Assembly (NCBI GenBank): GCA_002687175.1
Contig: NYZP01000034.1
Location: 27,951-91,950, forward strand
Direction: 5' to 3'
Origin: Parcubacteria group bacterium
GTDB lineage: Bacteria; Patescibacteriota; Patescibacteriia; Buchananbacterales; UBA6539
Length of the DNA: 64,000 nt
In this document: positions 1-9,895 of the stretch, in pieces
Layout of the letters: each line of letters begins with the position of its first letter
Position numbering within the stretch: the first letter of the stretch is position 1
The notes under the pieces: generated by a model
What the model was told of the DNA's origin: nothing
Database searches by the model: none
Seen by the model: only the letters and a program-made list of their open reading frames with translations
Position numbers and translations under genes: made by a program

Positions 1-1
1 C

Positions 2-3000
2 TGTGCTCCAATTTATTGTAATAATGATTTTGAATGTCCAAATTTGTCTTGTAATGCCGATAAGGAACAGTTGGTCAGAGACGCCAAGCGGTTTGGTGAT
101 TTACGTGACTTACAGCTTGAGTTAGAAGACTATAAAGATGCTCAAGGTGGTTTTCCAACTTTAGGCGGTGGAACTTATATTCAGGACACCACTTTCTCGG
201 TCTGGCCTTCGTGGCAAAATACTTTAGCTTCGGAACTTGGTATTGGCATTGATATTGATCCACTTAATAAGTTTAAAGGGTGTGGTTTCCATTATTGTGA
301 TCAGAATTTTGATGGAGTTATCACTCCGGGATCAGAAACTAGGTTGTGCGAAATTGGCGACATCACCGCTTGCAGTAGCCAACCAGCCAACTGTTTACCG
401 CTTGATCCTGATCAACAGCAAACGTGTTGGGAAGAAGCCGCTGGCCAGTTTAGCTGTCCAGCAGACATGTTTGTTTATGCTTACCACTCAATTAATGGCG
501 GCGATGCTTATGAGCTGTACACTAATTTAGAATTTGAAGACGGTGAAGATTGGCGCACGGCCATTGACCCACTTTACCGTTTACCACTAACCGGACAAGC
601 GCCTAATGAACCGGAATGTCGGTTACTTGATTTAGAAATTTTTAAAGCCACGGTTTCCGGCAGTACCAAGGCAGCCAGTTGTGAGTTAGCCGGTGGTGAT
701 GCTGACGGTGACGGCATTTGTGATGATATTGATAACTGTAAGCCAACTGTTGATTGTGCCAATCCACTTGATTGTTTTAACCCTGATCAACGCGACAGCG
801 GGGGACTACCAGGGTTAGGTGATGCTTGTGACGTTACTTGTGCTGGTGACGCTGACAACGATGGTGTTTGTGACCAAGAAGATATCTGCCGGACGGTCAG
901 AAACCCAGCTGGAGTTTGTGGTCCTGGTCCTTTAGATGATCTTGGTCAGTGTGATTTTGATGAAGACGGTATTGGTGATGCTTGTGATCCTTGCAGTGAT
1001 ACTGATGGTGACGGTTGGGGGGATGTAAATACCCCGGGCACTGATTTACAAATTTGTCCGGTTGATAACTGTACTGAAGCAGCTGGATTTCTCTCGGCTG
1101 ACCACTTTGGCTACTGTAATGACAATATCACAGCATGTAGTTTAACTGGCACTGATATCTGTGGTGGTTTGGGCCTAGGAGAATGTACTGATTTTGGAAA
1201 TACTTATAATCCTTTGCAAGAAGATTTTGACAACGACCAAGTTGGGTATATTTGTGATGCTTGTTTGGATTTTGATGGTGACAGTTTTGGTGACTACTCA
1301 TTTTATACCGGTAACACAAGCCCTTGGTCAGTGTTTGATTTAACTCCCGATCAATACGAACATTTCCAAGCCTGTGAATCAACAGACCCTAGTTATCAAA
1401 TGCTGGAAAATCAACTGTGGCTATTAGATTTTGATGGTGATGATAACCTTGACAATGATGATATCAGCGGTCCGGAGGGCTACCTTACTTGGTTTAATGC
1501 TGATCCGCGACCATCTTGTCCGGTTGGTGATTGTGATGTTGATTATGATGGTGATATTGACGAAGCTGACAAAACAAAATTCCAAATAATTATAGCTACA
1601 AATTTTGGTGCAGTTGATATTAATAATAATCCAGATCTAGACATTTGTACGGCTGGCCCTAATGGGTATGATTGCTTTGATGAATTTGGTATTGAAGTTA
1701 GTTGTTTTAATCCGGCGGTGCCTATTTGGCAAGATTTGTTTGGTAACGATTATGAAAATAGTCAGGAAGATATTGATTTAGACCTTAAAGGTAATATTTG
1801 TGATGGGGCATCTTGCGGTGATGCGATTAGACAAGGTCCGGTCGAGGGATGTGATTGTGGTGATCCGCTCCATGGAATTTCCAATGACCCTAACAATCCC
1901 GATATTTGTACTGGTTTAAATGGTGCAGAGTGTGAAGTTGGTTATGGTTCAGGGCAAAGCTGTCGTTACTGTGATTTTAGCTGTACTTATACCACGCTGG
2001 TTGGGGCATTTTGCGGTGATGGCACGGTTGATACTGGTGAAGGGGAAGTGTGTGACGAGGGCTCGGCTAATAACACCATCGGCCGATGTGATGCTGACTG
2101 TCAATGGACATTTTGCGGTGACGGTATTGCCCAGTGGCCCAATGGCTCAGGGGTTTTTGAGGTTTGTGACGGTCTTGGCTGTAATGCCACTTGTAGCGAT
2201 ATTCTAACCGGCCCAGCTAATAATGTTTGTGAGTTAAGTGGTGGTTGGATATCGGCTCCTTTGCCAGCCAACGTTACCAGTCGAATTTATACTGCCGGCG
2301 ATTCTTCAGAAAATTTTGACTTTGCCTGCAGTGTCATTGAAAATAACGAAGTTAGTTCAACAATTGATATTGAGAATAATAGTATTCCCAAAATTGGTGT
2401 AGTGTTTGCCGTAGATTTATCTGGAAGCATGGAATATTGTTTAGATGGATCTAATCCTTGTCCCCCAGGAGAACAACGGGTAGATTTTTTGAAAGAAGCT
2501 TTGCCGCCAGTAATTGAAAATATGTACCTTGAACTTGAAGACGTTGAAATTGGTTTAGTTAGATTTAGAAATTTACTAGGCTGGGATTATTTTTCAGATT
2601 GGAAGTGTGATGGTAAGTCACTTTGTGCGGTGGACGACACCCTAATGGATGGTGCCACAGCTTATAGTGGATCGGTGCTAGATTATTTTAACGCCTCAAT
2701 TGCTTCATTTCCGCCAAACGGTGGGACACCAATGACATCAGGTCTTAATATTTCTCGGGATGTTTTGCAAGACTATATTGCCAGTTTTGATTTAGATAAA
2801 AAAATAATAATTTTAATGAGTGATGGATCACCTAATAGAGTACCAAACGCTAAAAATGCGGCCAATACTGCTAAAGCTTTGGGAATAGAAATTTATTCCG
2901 CCAGTTTCGGTGGTGTTGCCTCAACTATGAATTTATTATCTTCAAATTGTTCTGATTCTACTGATCAGGGTTCTTGCGATCCAAGCTCTTGTGGATCAGA

Positions 3001-3430
3001 TTTTTGCCATCAGTCATCTGACAATATATCGTCATTGTATAATGCAATTATATTTGAAATTGAAAATTCATTATTTGATGCATTTAATATTTTTATTGAT
3101 TTAAGCCAAACCAGTAAATCATTGAGCTATAATTTGCAAACCGGTACTGCCACCTACCAAGATGAGATTATAAATTTTGGATCCGATCTTTGTTCAAGTC
3201 CAACACATATTTTTCAACTTACAGACGTTGATGATAATTCAAATATAACGTTTAGCAATACTATGCTCAGGTATTGTCCAGTGGCTGACGCTGATGGCGA
3301 TGGCTTTATTAATGAGTTTTGGAATGGTAATGACTGTGATGATAACGACGCCACGATTAATCCGGGCGCAAGTGAAGAATGTGGCGACAGTATTGATCAA
3401 AATTGTGATGGCGTTGATTTATCATGTTAA
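2..3430 (+). CDS. Giant secreted Cys/Asp-rich surface protein, 5'-partial (frame is open to the window edge), with thrombospondin type-3-like Ca-binding repeats and a von Willebrand factor A domain
   Basis: The ORF 44..3430 continues upstream with no stop from position 2. Repeated DxDxDGxxDxxD/CxD motifs occur throughout. Around aa 780-950 there is a vWA-like MIDAS 'VFAVDLSGSM' motif followed by a 'LMSDGSPN' segment. Stop at 3428-3430. Confidence 0.6.
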   Translation, partial: CAPIYCNNDFECPNLSCNADKEQLVRDAKRFGDLRDLQLELEDYKDAQGGFPTLGGGTYIQDTTFSVWPSWQNTLASELGIGIDIDPLNKFKGCGFHYCDQNFDGVITPGSETRLCEIGDITACSSQPANCLPLDPDQQQTCWEEAAGQFSCPADMFVYAYHSINGGDAYELYTNLEFEDGEDWRTAIDPLYRLPLTGQAPNEPECRLLDLEIFKATVSGSTKAASCELAGGDADGDGICDDIDNCKPTVDCANPLDCFNPDQRDSGGLPGLGDACDVTCAGDADNDGVCDQEDICRTVRNPAGVCGPGPLDDLGQCDFDEDGIGDACDPCSDTDGDGWGDVNTPGTDLQICPVDNCTEAAGFLSADHFGYCNDNITACSLTGTDICGGLGLGECTDFGNTYNPLQEDFDNDQVGYICDACLDFDGDSFGDYSFYTGNTSPWSVFDLTPDQYEHFQACESTDPSYQMLENQLWLLDFDGDDNLDNDDISGPEGYLTWFNADPRPSCPVGDCDVDYDGDIDEADKTKFQIIIATNFGAVDINNNPDLDICTAGPNGYDCFDEFGIEVSCFNPAVPIWQDLFGNDYENSQEDIDLDLKGNICDGASCGDAIRQGPVEGCDCGDPLHGISNDPNNPDICTGLNGAECEVGYGSGQSCRYCDFSCTYTTLVGAFCGDGTVDTGEGEVCDEGSANNTIGRCDADCQWTFCGDGIAQWPNGSGVFEVCDGLGCNATCSDILTGPANNVCELSGGWISAPLPANVTSRIYTAGDSSENFDFACSVIENNEVSSTIDIENNSIPKIGVVFAVDLSGSMEYCLDGSNPCPPGEQRVDFLKEALPPVIENMYLELEDVEIGLVRFRNLLGWDYFSDWKCDGKSLCAVDDTLMDGATAYSGSVLDYFNASIASFPPNGGTPMTSGLNISRDVLQDYIASFDLDKKIIILMSDGSPNRVPNAKNAANTAKALGIEIYSASFGGVASTMNLLSSNCSDSTDQGSCDPSSCGSDFCHQSSDNISSLYNAIIFEIENSLFDAFNIFIDLSQTSKSLSYNLQTGTATYQDEIINFGSDLCSSPTHIFQLTDVDDNSNITFSNTMLRYCPVADADGDGFINEFWNGNDCDDNDATINPGASEECGDSIDQNCDGVDLSC

Positions 3431-3440
3431 ATTATTTTTC

Positions 3441-6400
3441 ATGAAATTTAGAAACAAAATTATTTTTCTACTAATTCCCTTGTTGCTGTTTTTAGGGTTA
3501 CTTGGTTTTGGCTTAACAGTTTTTGCCTTAGACTCTTGTCTGCCGACACAAGAGGGAACTACTCGTGATTGTGCTTTGCAAGAAGGTGTTTGTCAGGGTT
3601 CAGTTGAGTGGTGCTTGGGCGGTTTTTGGCAAGGCTGTGGCGCGCCAAATTATGGTGTTAACTATGAACTGTTTGAACTGAGTTGTGATGATACCTTGGA
3701 TAACGACTGTGATGGGTTAACAGACACCGAAAGTGGTATTGAAGATTCTGACTGTTGGTGTACTGTTGATTTTACACTGGCGGAAACCGAGTGTAATGAT
3801 GGTATTGATAATGATGGTGATACATTTTGTGATTTTGCAGGTTGTTGTGATGATGGCTCTGGTGAGCCACAGGCAAGTTGTAGTGGTACTTGGCTAGAAC
3901 CGGATCTTGGTTGTAACTCTGGCCAAGACAACAGCGAACTTAGTGCTAATACTATCTGTGGTAATCTTGTCTGTGAATTTGGGGAATCGTGCGCCGCTGA
4001 CTGTTCAACCGAAGCTTTTTGTAATGACGGGGTAGATAACGAAGAAAATGGCGAGGCTGATTGTGGCGACTCGGCATGCCTGGGTCAAGCTGACGGCACG
4101 GGCAGAATTTGTTGTTCTGGTGATGCCCAATGTGGCGGCTGTCAATACTGTCAACAAGGTCTACTAACAGAAGAGGCTGAATATGGTAATGGATCTACAA
4201 ATTTTATTAATCGTTGTGAGGTTCAAATAAATGGACCAAGTGGACGTTTATGTAATAATGACTGTTCTTTTTGTGATAATGGTTTTTGCACCAACAGAGA
4301 TGAAGGCGATACTACGGAATGTACCAGTGGATTTGTCTGCGATGAGCCTCCATCAGTAACTGATCCACCAACGGCGTCTTGCATATTAGCGATAACACCA
4401 TTTATTGCAACAACTTTTACTTCTCTTGGTATTGAGGCGGTAAATGGTGGAGCCCCTCCCAACCCAAACACTCTTATTATTTCAAATAGCGGAACCGGAA
4501 TTTTAGACTGGACTGCAACCGTAGATGTTCCCTGGCTTTCTTTAAATATTGCCAACGGTGGCAATGGACCAACAGAAGTTATTGTCTCTTACGATATTAA
4601 TGGCATGTCGGTTGGGTCTAATGTTGGCACAATTACTATTACCGACGATACCGCTACAAACGTTCCATTTTATATAACCATTACTTTAACCATTCAAGCA
4701 CCAACTATAGAGTTATCACCAACATTTTTTGAGGTTGAGGCAATGGAAGGTGATACACCAGCCAGCCAAACCTTGACCATTCAAAATAGTGGTGACGCTG
4801 TTTTAAATTGGCTGGCCGAAAATTTACCGGGCTGGCTTACCATTTTGCCATCTGGAGGAACTGTTACTGATGGTAGTTCAGAAAATGTTACTTTATCTTT
4901 TTCAGATTCTTTAATTCCTGATATTTATACTGATACGTTTGATATTTCAGATCCCAATGCCAGTAATGATCCTCAAACTGCAGATGTTGTATTAACCATT
5001 AATTCAGCACCATTACCAGTAATTTCTCTGTCTCAGACAACTTTTAGTAATTCAGCAGTTGAGGGTAGTAGTAATCCTGCTGATGAAATTTTAACTATCA
5101 CTAATAGTGGTGACAGTGGCTCAATCCTTACTTGGAGTTTTAGTGATAGTCCACCAGCTTGGTTAAGTTTTATTGGAGCTACCAGTGGCACATTAGCCCA
5201 AGGTGAGTCGGACAATGTTACCTTAAGATATGATATTTCAACTTTAAATCCAAGTATTAATAATTTTACTTTTGACGTAGAAGATCCAACGGCGCCAATC
5301 AGTCCTCAGACTGTTTCAGTTGATTTAGAAATTACCGCCGTGCCCGTGGCAACTATTTCACTGACTCCAGGTAGTTTTATAGCTAGTGCTGATGAAGGTT
5401 CCTCGCCGGCTAATCAAATTTTAAATATTGAAAATTCTGGTGGCGTTGGTTCCACGCTTACCTGGTCAGTGAGCAATGATCAGAGCTGGTTAAGTTTGTC
5501 ACCAGCTAGCGGCACAATTACTGCACCCGGTTCTACCAATGTTACTTTAAATTATACAACCGAGGGACTGGTTGATGGACCTCACTCAGACACAATTACC
5601 GTTGACGCCCCCGGTGCTACTAACGATCCGCAAACCGCCAGCGTGGATCTCACAATTATAAATGTTCCAGTCACTTTTCTTTTAACAGTTACTACTGATG
5701 GTGGGGGAACCGGCTCAGTTGTAACTGTTCCCTCAGGAGACATTAACTGTCCAGGAGACTGTAATCAAACTTATAACGAAGGTACTTTAGTTGAGTTAGC
5801 CGCTTCACCTGATGGTGGTTCTACTTTTAGGGAGTGGTCTGCTAACTGTGTAGTTAATGGAAATGGCAACTGTGAAGTTACAATGGATGCTGCTAGAGCA
5901 GTAACTGCCACTTTTGATCCTATTACAGAGTGTAATAATGGTAGTGATGATGATCTAGATGGCGACATAGATCTGCTAGACGGTGGTTGTGATGGTCCAT
6001 TAGACAACGATGAAACAAACTGTGGTGATGCCGTTTGTGAGGGTGGGGAATCTTGTTTAGCCGCTAGTTGTGCGGTCGATTGTGTTGAAGACATCCCTGG
6101 TGGTTGTACTACACTTGCCGGTGATGGGCCTGGTTTTTGTGGCAATGAATTTTGTGATCCAGGTGCTGGTGGTACCAGTGATAATGGTTGGATTTGTCAA
6201 CTTCGTGATTTTGATTGTGCTGGAACTTGTGGCCAGTGCACCGGTAGTGGTAGTTGTGAAATTAATCATAATTCTTGTACCGGCCAATGTTCTCAATGTG
6301 TATTTAATTCTGGTCCGGTATCTTATGATTGTGAGGGTGTATTTGACGAGCAAGATACCTATGGTGACCCGGGCAATAACGTTTTATGTAGTGCTGATGA

Positions 6401-7325
6401 AATTTATGTTGGTGGTGATTGTGCTGGTGTACCATGCACCTGTAATAGTATTGGTGTTTGTGTGTCCACTGCTGATACTGATTTAGATGGTCTGGGTGAT
6501 CCTTTTGATGTTTGTCCGTACGACCCAGACAACGATTTTGACGGTGATGGTATTTGTGCGGTTGGTTGTAATACTGGTTCATCACAGTTTGGCTCCAAGA
6601 CTAATGGGTTTATTTGTGATGCTGGCCCAGGCACCGTTGTTTATGACCAATGTCAGGGTGTTGGTAGTTGCGACAATTCTAACAGTTGTTGGGCGGCTTT
6701 TGGGGCCTCTGATTACCTTAATGTTTATTTAAATGGCACACTGGTGGTTGGAAATTTATATTTACCTGAGGTTGGTGGTTATAAAACTGCCGGTGAAATT
6801 ATTGGTAATGGCGGAAATCCTTATCCTGCCCTACCAGTGAAAGTGTACTTTAAGCCAGCTGATTATAATGTAACCAGTGGTGGTTCTGATGATGTTGTCA
6901 CTTTTGAAGGTTTAACTAATACTTGGTGGGACAGAAATATTAGCGGTGTTTTTATGAGTGTTGATGAAAGTGGTTTGTGCGATCATATCGATTTACCACA
7001 GAAGGCAACAGATTTAACCACAACGCCAACTTTGCCAGTAACTTGCTATACTCAAGATGATGCCAGCGATGGTGGTTTCTTAGGACCACCACCAAGTGAT
7101 TGGCAGGAGGCCTCTTTTGATGATACTGACATCGCACTTTGGCAAATTCCACAACCTGGTAATAACGCTTCAGTACCACTGTTATCAATCTCCTCCTCAC
7201 TCTGGGATGAAACTTATTCAATCTGGGGTCGGGAGTATAGTGACTTTCCAGCTACTTGTGGAGATTCGCCAAAATATTGTGAATTTAGCTTCAGTCATAC
7301 TTATTGTCGATCGGAAGTATTTTAA
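3441..7325 (+). CDS. Giant surface protein: signal/TM peptide, Cys-rich DNDxDG repeats, five tandem Ig-like (BACON/HYR-like) domains, an InlB B-repeat-like domain, and C-terminal thrombospondin type-3-like repeats
   Basis: The track ORF 3294..7325 is in a different frame from the upstream gene. The likely true start is the ATG at 3441, giving 'MKFRNKIIFLLIPLLLFLGLLG' (signal/TM), directly after the upstream stop. The motif 'L(T)IxNSGxxxLxWxxxxxxxWLSxxPxSGTxxxGxSxNVTL' recurs five times. 'GGGTGSVVTVPSGDINCPGDCNQTYNEGTLVELAASPDGGSTFREWS' is a divergent InlB B-repeat, and 'DTDLDGLGDPFDVCPYDPDNDFDGDGIC' is TSP3-like. Confidence 0.6.
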   Translation: MKFRNKIIFLLIPLLLFLGLLGFGLTVFALDSCLPTQEGTTRDCALQEGVCQGSVEWCLGGFWQGCGAPNYGVNYELFELSCDDTLDNDCDGLTDTESGIEDSDCWCTVDFTLAETECNDGIDNDGDTFCDFAGCCDDGSGEPQASCSGTWLEPDLGCNSGQDNSELSANTICGNLVCEFGESCAADCSTEAFCNDGVDNEENGEADCGDSACLGQADGTGRICCSGDAQCGGCQYCQQGLLTEEAEYGNGSTNFINRCEVQINGPSGRLCNNDCSFCDNGFCTNRDEGDTTECTSGFVCDEPPSVTDPPTASCILAITPFIATTFTSLGIEAVNGGAPPNPNTLIISNSGTGILDWTATVDVPWLSLNIANGGNGPTEVIVSYDINGMSVGSNVGTITITDDTATNVPFYITITLTIQAPTIELSPTFFEVEAMEGDTPASQTLTIQNSGDAVLNWLAENLPGWLTILPSGGTVTDGSSENVTLSFSDSLIPDIYTDTFDISDPNASNDPQTADVVLTINSAPLPVISLSQTTFSNSAVEGSSNPADEILTITNSGDSGSILTWSFSDSPPAWLSFIGATSGTLAQGESDNVTLRYDISTLNPSINNFTFDVEDPTAPISPQTVSVDLEITAVPVATISLTPGSFIASADEGSSPANQILNIENSGGVGSTLTWSVSNDQSWLSLSPASGTITAPGSTNVTLNYTTEGLVDGPHSDTITVDAPGATNDPQTASVDLTIINVPVTFLLTVTTDGGGTGSVVTVPSGDINCPGDCNQTYNEGTLVELAASPDGGSTFREWSANCVVNGNGNCEVTMDAARAVTATFDPITECNNGSDDDLDGDIDLLDGGCDGPLDNDETNCGDAVCEGGESCLAASCAVDCVEDIPGGCTTLAGDGPGFCGNEFCDPGAGGTSDNGWICQLRDFDCAGTCGQCTGSGSCEINHNSCTGQCSQCVFNSGPVSYDCEGVFDEQDTYGDPGNNVLCSADEIYVGGDCAGVPCTCNSIGVCVSTADTDLDGLGDPFDVCPYDPDNDFDGDGICAVGCNTGSSQFGSKTNGFICDAGPGTVVYDQCQGVGSCDNSNSCWAAFGASDYLNVYLNGTLVVGNLYLPEVGGYKTAGEIIGNGGNPYPALPVKVYFKPADYNVTSGGSDDVVTFEGLTNTWWDRNISGVFMSVDESGLCDHIDLPQKATDLTTTPTLPVTCYTQDDASDGGFLGPPPSDWQEASFDDTDIALWQIPQPGNNASVPLLSISSSLWDETYSIWGREYSDFPATCGDSPKYCEFSFSHTYCRSEVF

Positions 7326-7361
7326 TTAATAATAATTTTATTAAAAATTAACCATAAATTT

Positions 7362-8195
7362 ATGTTTGACGAAAAACCAATTCAACAAAATTCCGCTATT
7401 TCTCAACCTAGTGACAAGCCGGCCAATCCGCCACAAGATTTACCAATTGGCACACCAATTCCCGCGCCGGGAGCTCCTGACACCAGTGCTGGTCAACCGC
7501 CAAGTCAACCATCACCAGATAAACTGCCCGAAATACCGAAAGACCCGATACCCAGCCCTGATGCCGAGCCTCAAGATATTTTAGAGGGATTAGACAAGGG
7601 TGAAGATAAAGACGACCCAGTCAGAGGTCCGGCCGCTCCAATTGCTCCGCCGCCACCGATTATCGGTGACAAGTCACCAGTTCCCCCAGCGATGACACCA
7701 CCAGAAAAGCCAATCACTAAAGAGCCATTTTTTAAGGCGCACAAAAAGGCTTTCGTCGTTATTATTGTCTTACTGTTAGGCGGTGGTGCCTTAGCCTTTG
7801 GTGGTTACTATGGTTATTCTCTATTAGTAAATCCTGAGCCTACTGTTACGCCACCAGTTAATACCTCACAGACAAATCAAGGAACAACGAACACCAATCA
7901 GACAACTAACACCAATCAAGCTGTTAATCAAAATGCCAATGTTAATCAAGCACCGCCGCAACCAGTTGATACCGACCGTGATGGCCTGACCGACGAAGAC
8001 GAAGCCAAGTATGGTACCAGTCCAACGGAAGTTGATTCCGATCAAGATGGGTTAACCGATCGCGACGAAGTTAAGGTGTTTGATACTGATCCGAACAATG
8101 CCGACACTGATGGCGATACTTACCTTGATGGTGCCGAAGTTAGAGCTGGCTATGATCCAAAAGGTGATGGTCGTTTATTAGAGATTGAACCGTAA
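7362..8195 (+). CDS. Membrane-anchored protein with a Pro-rich N-terminus, one TM helix, a T/N/Q-rich low-complexity linker and TSP3-like Ca-binding repeats
   Basis: TM segment 'VVIIVLLLGGGALAFGG', linker 'TNTNQTTNTNQAVNQNANVNQ', and repeats 'DTDRDGLTDEDE', 'DSDQDGLTDRDE', 'DTDGDTYLDGAE'. Confidence 0.5.
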   Translation: MFDEKPIQQNSAISQPSDKPANPPQDLPIGTPIPAPGAPDTSAGQPPSQPSPDKLPEIPKDPIPSPDAEPQDILEGLDKGEDKDDPVRGPAAPIAPPPPIIGDKSPVPPAMTPPEKPITKEPFFKAHKKAFVVIIVLLLGGGALAFGGYYGYSLLVNPEPTVTPPVNTSQTNQGTTNTNQTTNTNQAVNQNANVNQAPPQPVDTDRDGLTDEDEAKYGTSPTEVDSDQDGLTDRDEVKVFDTDPNNADTDGDTYLDGAEVRAGYDPKGDGRLLEIEP

Positions 8196-8235
8196 AAAAA
8201 GTTAAACTGAACGGAAACAGAGATAAATATTCTTT

Positions 8236-9345
8236 ATGTTTAAATTAAAACCAAAAAAAACTGCAGAAAATTCGGAATTTCAGGCTTTAGCTGGTCAGAC
8301 CGAAAATTCTTCAAAAACCAAACGTCACAAAAAAGATCAAGAGCCTAAACCGCTTGATCCAAAAGTAAAGGAGCAAATTCATGTTATGCCCCAGCGGTTT
8401 TACGTTAAACCAAAAAAGAAACGCACTGGTTTAATTATTATTATTGTGGTGGGAGTTTTGTTGATTGGTGGTTTAGGCGGACTGGCTGTCTATTTAGCTC
8501 TTAATTTAGATAACACAAATCCTGCTCCACCAGTTAATACTAACCAAACCGAAACAACAAATACTAATCAAACTGAATCGGTTAACCAAAACAGTAGTAT
8601 TAACCAGAATGCCAATATCAATAACAATGCTAATGTTAACTTAAATACTAACGTTAATTCTAATACCAACGCTAACGTAAATGTTAACACCAACGTAAAT
8701 CAAAATAGTAATACTAACAGTAATCAAAGTGTTAACACCAACACTAATGAAACACCCGAGCCAGAAATTATCAGTTTAACACCTCTACCCCAAGCACCAG
8801 ACAGTGACAATGATGGCTTAACTTTAGCCGAAGAAAGTTTGTACGGTACTAATCCGGAGCTAGGGGATAGTGATGGTGACGGTTTTCTTGATGGTACAGA
8901 ATTACTTAATGGTTATGATCCAATTAGACCGGGAGTAACTTTAGTTGAAGGTGGTATTTTTACTGATTATCTGCATCAATCATATTCAATAATATTTCCC
9001 AAAAATTGGAGCTTGCAGGAACAGGGAGCGACCAAAGACCAAGTATTGTTCATATCAACTACCGGAGAGTTCATTGAAGTGTTGGTCATACCAAATGCCA
9101 ATAATCTATCTTTGACCAATTGGTATCAACAACAGTTTCCGGACATTAGCGTAAGTCAAACTACAGCAGTTACCATTAATAATTTTTTGGGGTTACGTCA
9201 TCCTGACCAGCGCAGTTATTATCTAGTGGCTAATCAAGATGATGACAATATATTTTTGCTAACTTATAATGTTGGAGAATTTACTAAAACGAATTTTACC
9301 ACCACCTTTCAGACTATGGTAAAGCAGTTCAAATATTTACCCTAA
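8236..9345 (+). CDS. Paralog of the 7362..8195 protein: basic N-terminus, one TM helix, long N/T/V-rich linker, TSP3-like repeats and a C-terminal globular domain
   Basis: TM 'LIIIIVVGVLLIGGLGGLAVYLAL'. The linker 'NTNVNSNTNANVNVNTNVNQNSNTNSNQ' is encoded by an AAT/ACT-rich imperfect tandem repeat (8520-8750). Repeats 'DSDNDGLTLAEE' and 'DSDGDGFLDGTE'. Confidence 0.5.
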   Translation: MFKLKPKKTAENSEFQALAGQTENSSKTKRHKKDQEPKPLDPKVKEQIHVMPQRFYVKPKKKRTGLIIIIVVGVLLIGGLGGLAVYLALNLDNTNPAPPVNTNQTETTNTNQTESVNQNSSINQNANINNNANVNLNTNVNSNTNANVNVNTNVNQNSNTNSNQSVNTNTNETPEPEIISLTPLPQAPDSDNDGLTLAEESLYGTNPELGDSDGDGFLDGTELLNGYDPIRPGVTLVEGGIFTDYLHQSYSIIFPKNWSLQEQGATKDQVLFISTTGEFIEVLVIPNANNLSLTNWYQQQFPDISVSQTTAVTINNFLGLRHPDQRSYYLVANQDDDNIFLLTYNVGEFTKTNFTTTFQTMVKQFKYLP

Positions 9346-9358
9346 AAATTATAAGAAT

Positions 9359-9805
9359 ATGATTAAGTTTGAGGTTAATCAGCAGGCTGGAAAAAAAATT
9401 TCTTTGAAACTCTGGCAAAAATGGATCAGTAAAATTACTAAAACTTTAAAATTAAAGAATGATTTAGAAATTTCTATTGCGGTTGTCGGAGACCAGAGAA
9501 TTAAAAAATTAAACGCCACTTACCGGCAGAAAAATAAAGTAACCGATGTTTTGAGTTTTGGTGCTTTAACTAAAACCAGTAAATTTAATAAAGTTAATCA
9601 GCAATATTTAGGAGAAATTGTTATTGGCTATCAGCAGGCCGTAAGGCAATCTAATAAAATTGGTCATTCAGTTAATCAAGAATTTGAAAAATTATTAGTT
9701 CACGGGTTCTTGCATTTATTAGGCTATGATCACGAAAAAGATAATGAGGCTAAGACAATGGAAAAACTTGAACAAAAAATCATCAGTAAAAATATTAATA
9801 AGTAG
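9359..9805 (+). CDS. ybeY: Endoribonuclease YbeY (rRNA maturation factor)
   Basis: Carries the 'HGFLHLLGYDHEKD' H-x3-H-x5-H metal-binding motif at the expected size of about 150 aa. Confidence 0.8.
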   Translation: MIKFEVNQQAGKKISLKLWQKWISKITKTLKLKNDLEISIAVVGDQRIKKLNATYRQKNKVTDVLSFGALTKTSKFNKVNQQYLGEIVIGYQQAVRQSNKIGHSVNQEFEKLLVHGFLHLLGYDHEKDNEAKTMEKLEQKIISKNINK

Positions 9806-9895
9806 TAAAGTTGTATAAATTATTGGTTAATCTAAGTTGTCTACTGAAATTTAATATGTTAAAGTATTTAATATCATAGTTAATAGGTTATCACT

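Noticed and set aside
3294-3440. Upstream extension of the second giant ORF (track start 3294), which overlaps the end of the first giant gene.
   Set aside because: The extension lies in a different frame inside the upstream gene and encodes low-complexity peptide. The ATG at 3441 gives a clean signal peptide directly after the upstream stop.
6057-6732. Several overlapping hydrophobic or His-rich ORFs on both strands within the giant gene (e.g. 6070..6486, 6304..6585).
   Set aside because: They are alternate-frame artefacts of the codon-biased, repetitive GGT/GAT-rich coding sequence. They have no RBS or independent signals.
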